Assembly: GCA_950097015.1 (NCBI GenBank)
Contig: CATNEN010000007.1
Location: forward strand, 12,772,001 to 12,836,000
Direction of reading: 5' to 3'
DNA: 64,000 nucleotides
DNA from: Macrostomum hystrix
Taxonomy: Eukaryota; Animalia; Platyhelminthes
Shown: positions 62,326-64,000 of the stretch, piece by piece
How the letters are laid out: each line of letters begins with the position of its first letter
Position numbering within the stretch: the first letter of the stretch is position 1
Made by a program: the position numbers and the translations under genes
Notes under the pieces: generated by a model
Databases searched by the model: none
What the model saw: only the letters and a program-made list of their open reading frames with translations
Told to the model about the DNA's origin: nothing

Positions 62326-62937
62326 ATGTTTATGAACACCAGAATGCTATGCTCACTGTACGTTGTTGTTTATCCTTTTTTGCGCTACATGTTTGCTTTA
62401 TATTCCGTTTTTTTCAAATAAACTGGCATTTGACCACACAGCGTCTCAGAGTCTATGCTCCTTAAGATTTTTTAAAGCAAAAGATTGTCTGTGGCAGCTG
62501 TTTAGGCAAAGCTTCAGAAAAACTAGCGTGCACTTCTGTGCTCAATAACTCGCCTCTGGAGCAATTTTTCGTAACCAAATTTTTGTGGGAAAAATTTACA
62601 AATGTTTACTGTGGACCTGTTAAATTACTGGGCTATAGGCCTAACTGCTCACTCACAGTGAGCGCACAAAGTGTTACCCTTTTTGGGACACCCATAACAA
62701 ACTTAAGAAATTTAGTATAGTAGGATTCTGACAGCCTCGCACCCACCCTCCTTGTGCAATGTACATTGCCGGCCCAGCTGTACAGAGCGGCCACTATGAA
62801 ATACAAAATAGACATAGCGCAACATAGTACCTTCTATAAGGAGAGTTCCTTATTCATGCATGCACAGCTGGAGCGATAAGTGTGAGGGTTTGTTGTGCAA
62901 CCGAGCAGGCTTGTTGATGCTCGAAGCAATTGTGGCA

Positions 62938-63642
62938 ATGTCCGACACCAGGCGGCAGAAGGAAGCCGGCAGCAGGAGTTCCCGGCTAAGGCGGCTGTCG
63001 GATTCCACGGCCAAGATGATGCGACAGCTGCGGCTCATCCGAAGCGACTCCGGCTACGGCAGCGACGATCAGCGAGAGCGGCGCGACAGCACGGACGCTG
63101 GCGCCGATGCTGTGGCTGAAGGGACTCGCGAAAACTCGCAGCTGAGTCTGTCGAAGCTGGCGAGCCACGATGAGCTGGAGGAGGACTCGGCTGCCACAGA
63201 TGACGAGGAGCAGGAGGGCTTCGTTGATGAGAAGGCCGCCGGCGCGACTGAATCTCGGCAGCTGAACCACAGCGAGAGACACCTCATCAGCGTCAGGTTC
63301 GCGCTGCTCGAGGAGCAGAGCAAGACCTACTGTGCGCTGCGGCTGGCTGACATGCTGGAGGAGGAAGAGCTGGAGCGGAAGCAGATGGAGGAGGAGACTG
63401 CGAGGCTGAGAGAAGAGCTGGAGCTCCGGCAGAAAGACGTGGACCTGTTCAATGTGGGCAGGCGAAGGAGGAAGTCGAGCTCATCATCATTGGCTTGTAG
63501 CGCGGACACTGAATACTTTGAATATGAGCTCACGCGCAGGCAGCTGCGTCAGCAGAACAATGACTGGCGGAAGCAGTGGTCGCTGAGGACCTCCAACTGG
63601 ATGTACGGCGGTTACTGGAACCGCCTGAACTATTGGTACTGA
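62938..63642 (+). CDS. Hypothetical acidic coiled-coil protein (about 234 aa; alternative upstream ATGs to 62860) with W/Y-rich C-terminus
   Basis: Intact GC3-rich ORF with host-like codon use; Glu/Arg/Leu heptads; DSGYGS motif. No recognised family. Confidence 0.6.
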   Translation: MSDTRRQKEAGSRSSRLRRLSDSTAKMMRQLRLIRSDSGYGSDDQRERRDSTDAGADAVAEGTRENSQLSLSKLASHDELEEDSAATDDEEQEGFVDEKAAGATESRQLNHSERHLISVRFALLEEQSKTYCALRLADMLEEEELERKQMEEETARLREELELRQKDVDLFNVGRRRRKSSSSSLACSADTEYFEYELTRRQLRQQNNDWRKQWSLRTSNWMYGGYWNRLNYWY

Positions 63643-64000
63643 CTGTACCAGAAATAGCCAGTCAAATCGGAAGAGCGCACTTTCACCTTTTCACTTTCGC
63701 ACGTGCACTTGAAAACTTTTCAGTCGTATTAATTTTCATGACGAATGCAAGCATTGTTTGTACAGCCTATTATTTGCACTGACGCTGAATAATGTTGTCC
63801 ATTGTTCATTGTGCTTTAGTAGGCAGAAAAAATGAGCCTATTGAGCTCTATCAATTTGTATAAAATTTTCACTCCGTAGCCAAAGCTCACATTAGATGCA
63901 TTCGGACTAATTCATTCCTTTCAGGACAAGGATAGCACGATCTGCTAATAATTGTGCCATGGTAGGACTCGCGATCATTTTAAGAGACTGATGGCTAGAC

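Overview
Eukaryotic (animal) genomic DNA with GC3-rich, intron-poor genes embedded among about 20 locally private minisatellite arrays. This organisation resembles the flatworm Macrostomum lignano (inference only). Supported genes: a co-oriented + strand run BRK1, ZFYVE19/ANCHR, PCCA (4 exons, reconstructed) and TRAPPC2L; a cytosolic-looking vWA + papain-family cysteine protease + Zn-ribbon protein; a 5-exon calmodulin/EFCAB2-like EF-hand gene; divergent SUPT3H- and TAF4-like genes; and one or two orphan ORFs. A 10.4-kb 15-bp satellite shows a 2,580-bp higher-order period. The most unusual element is at about 58.2-60.8 kb: a decayed non-LTR retrotransposon ORF1 (triple CCHC Gag-like knuckles) that appears to carry an ALKBH2/3-type AlkB dioxygenase domain with intact catalytic motifs. 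It is followed by an inverted copy of part of itself and a decayed Tc1/mariner-superfamily transposase. Nearly all long repetitive ORFs in the supplied track are translations of satellites. Repeat boundaries are approximate and all family assignments come from motif recognition, not database searches.
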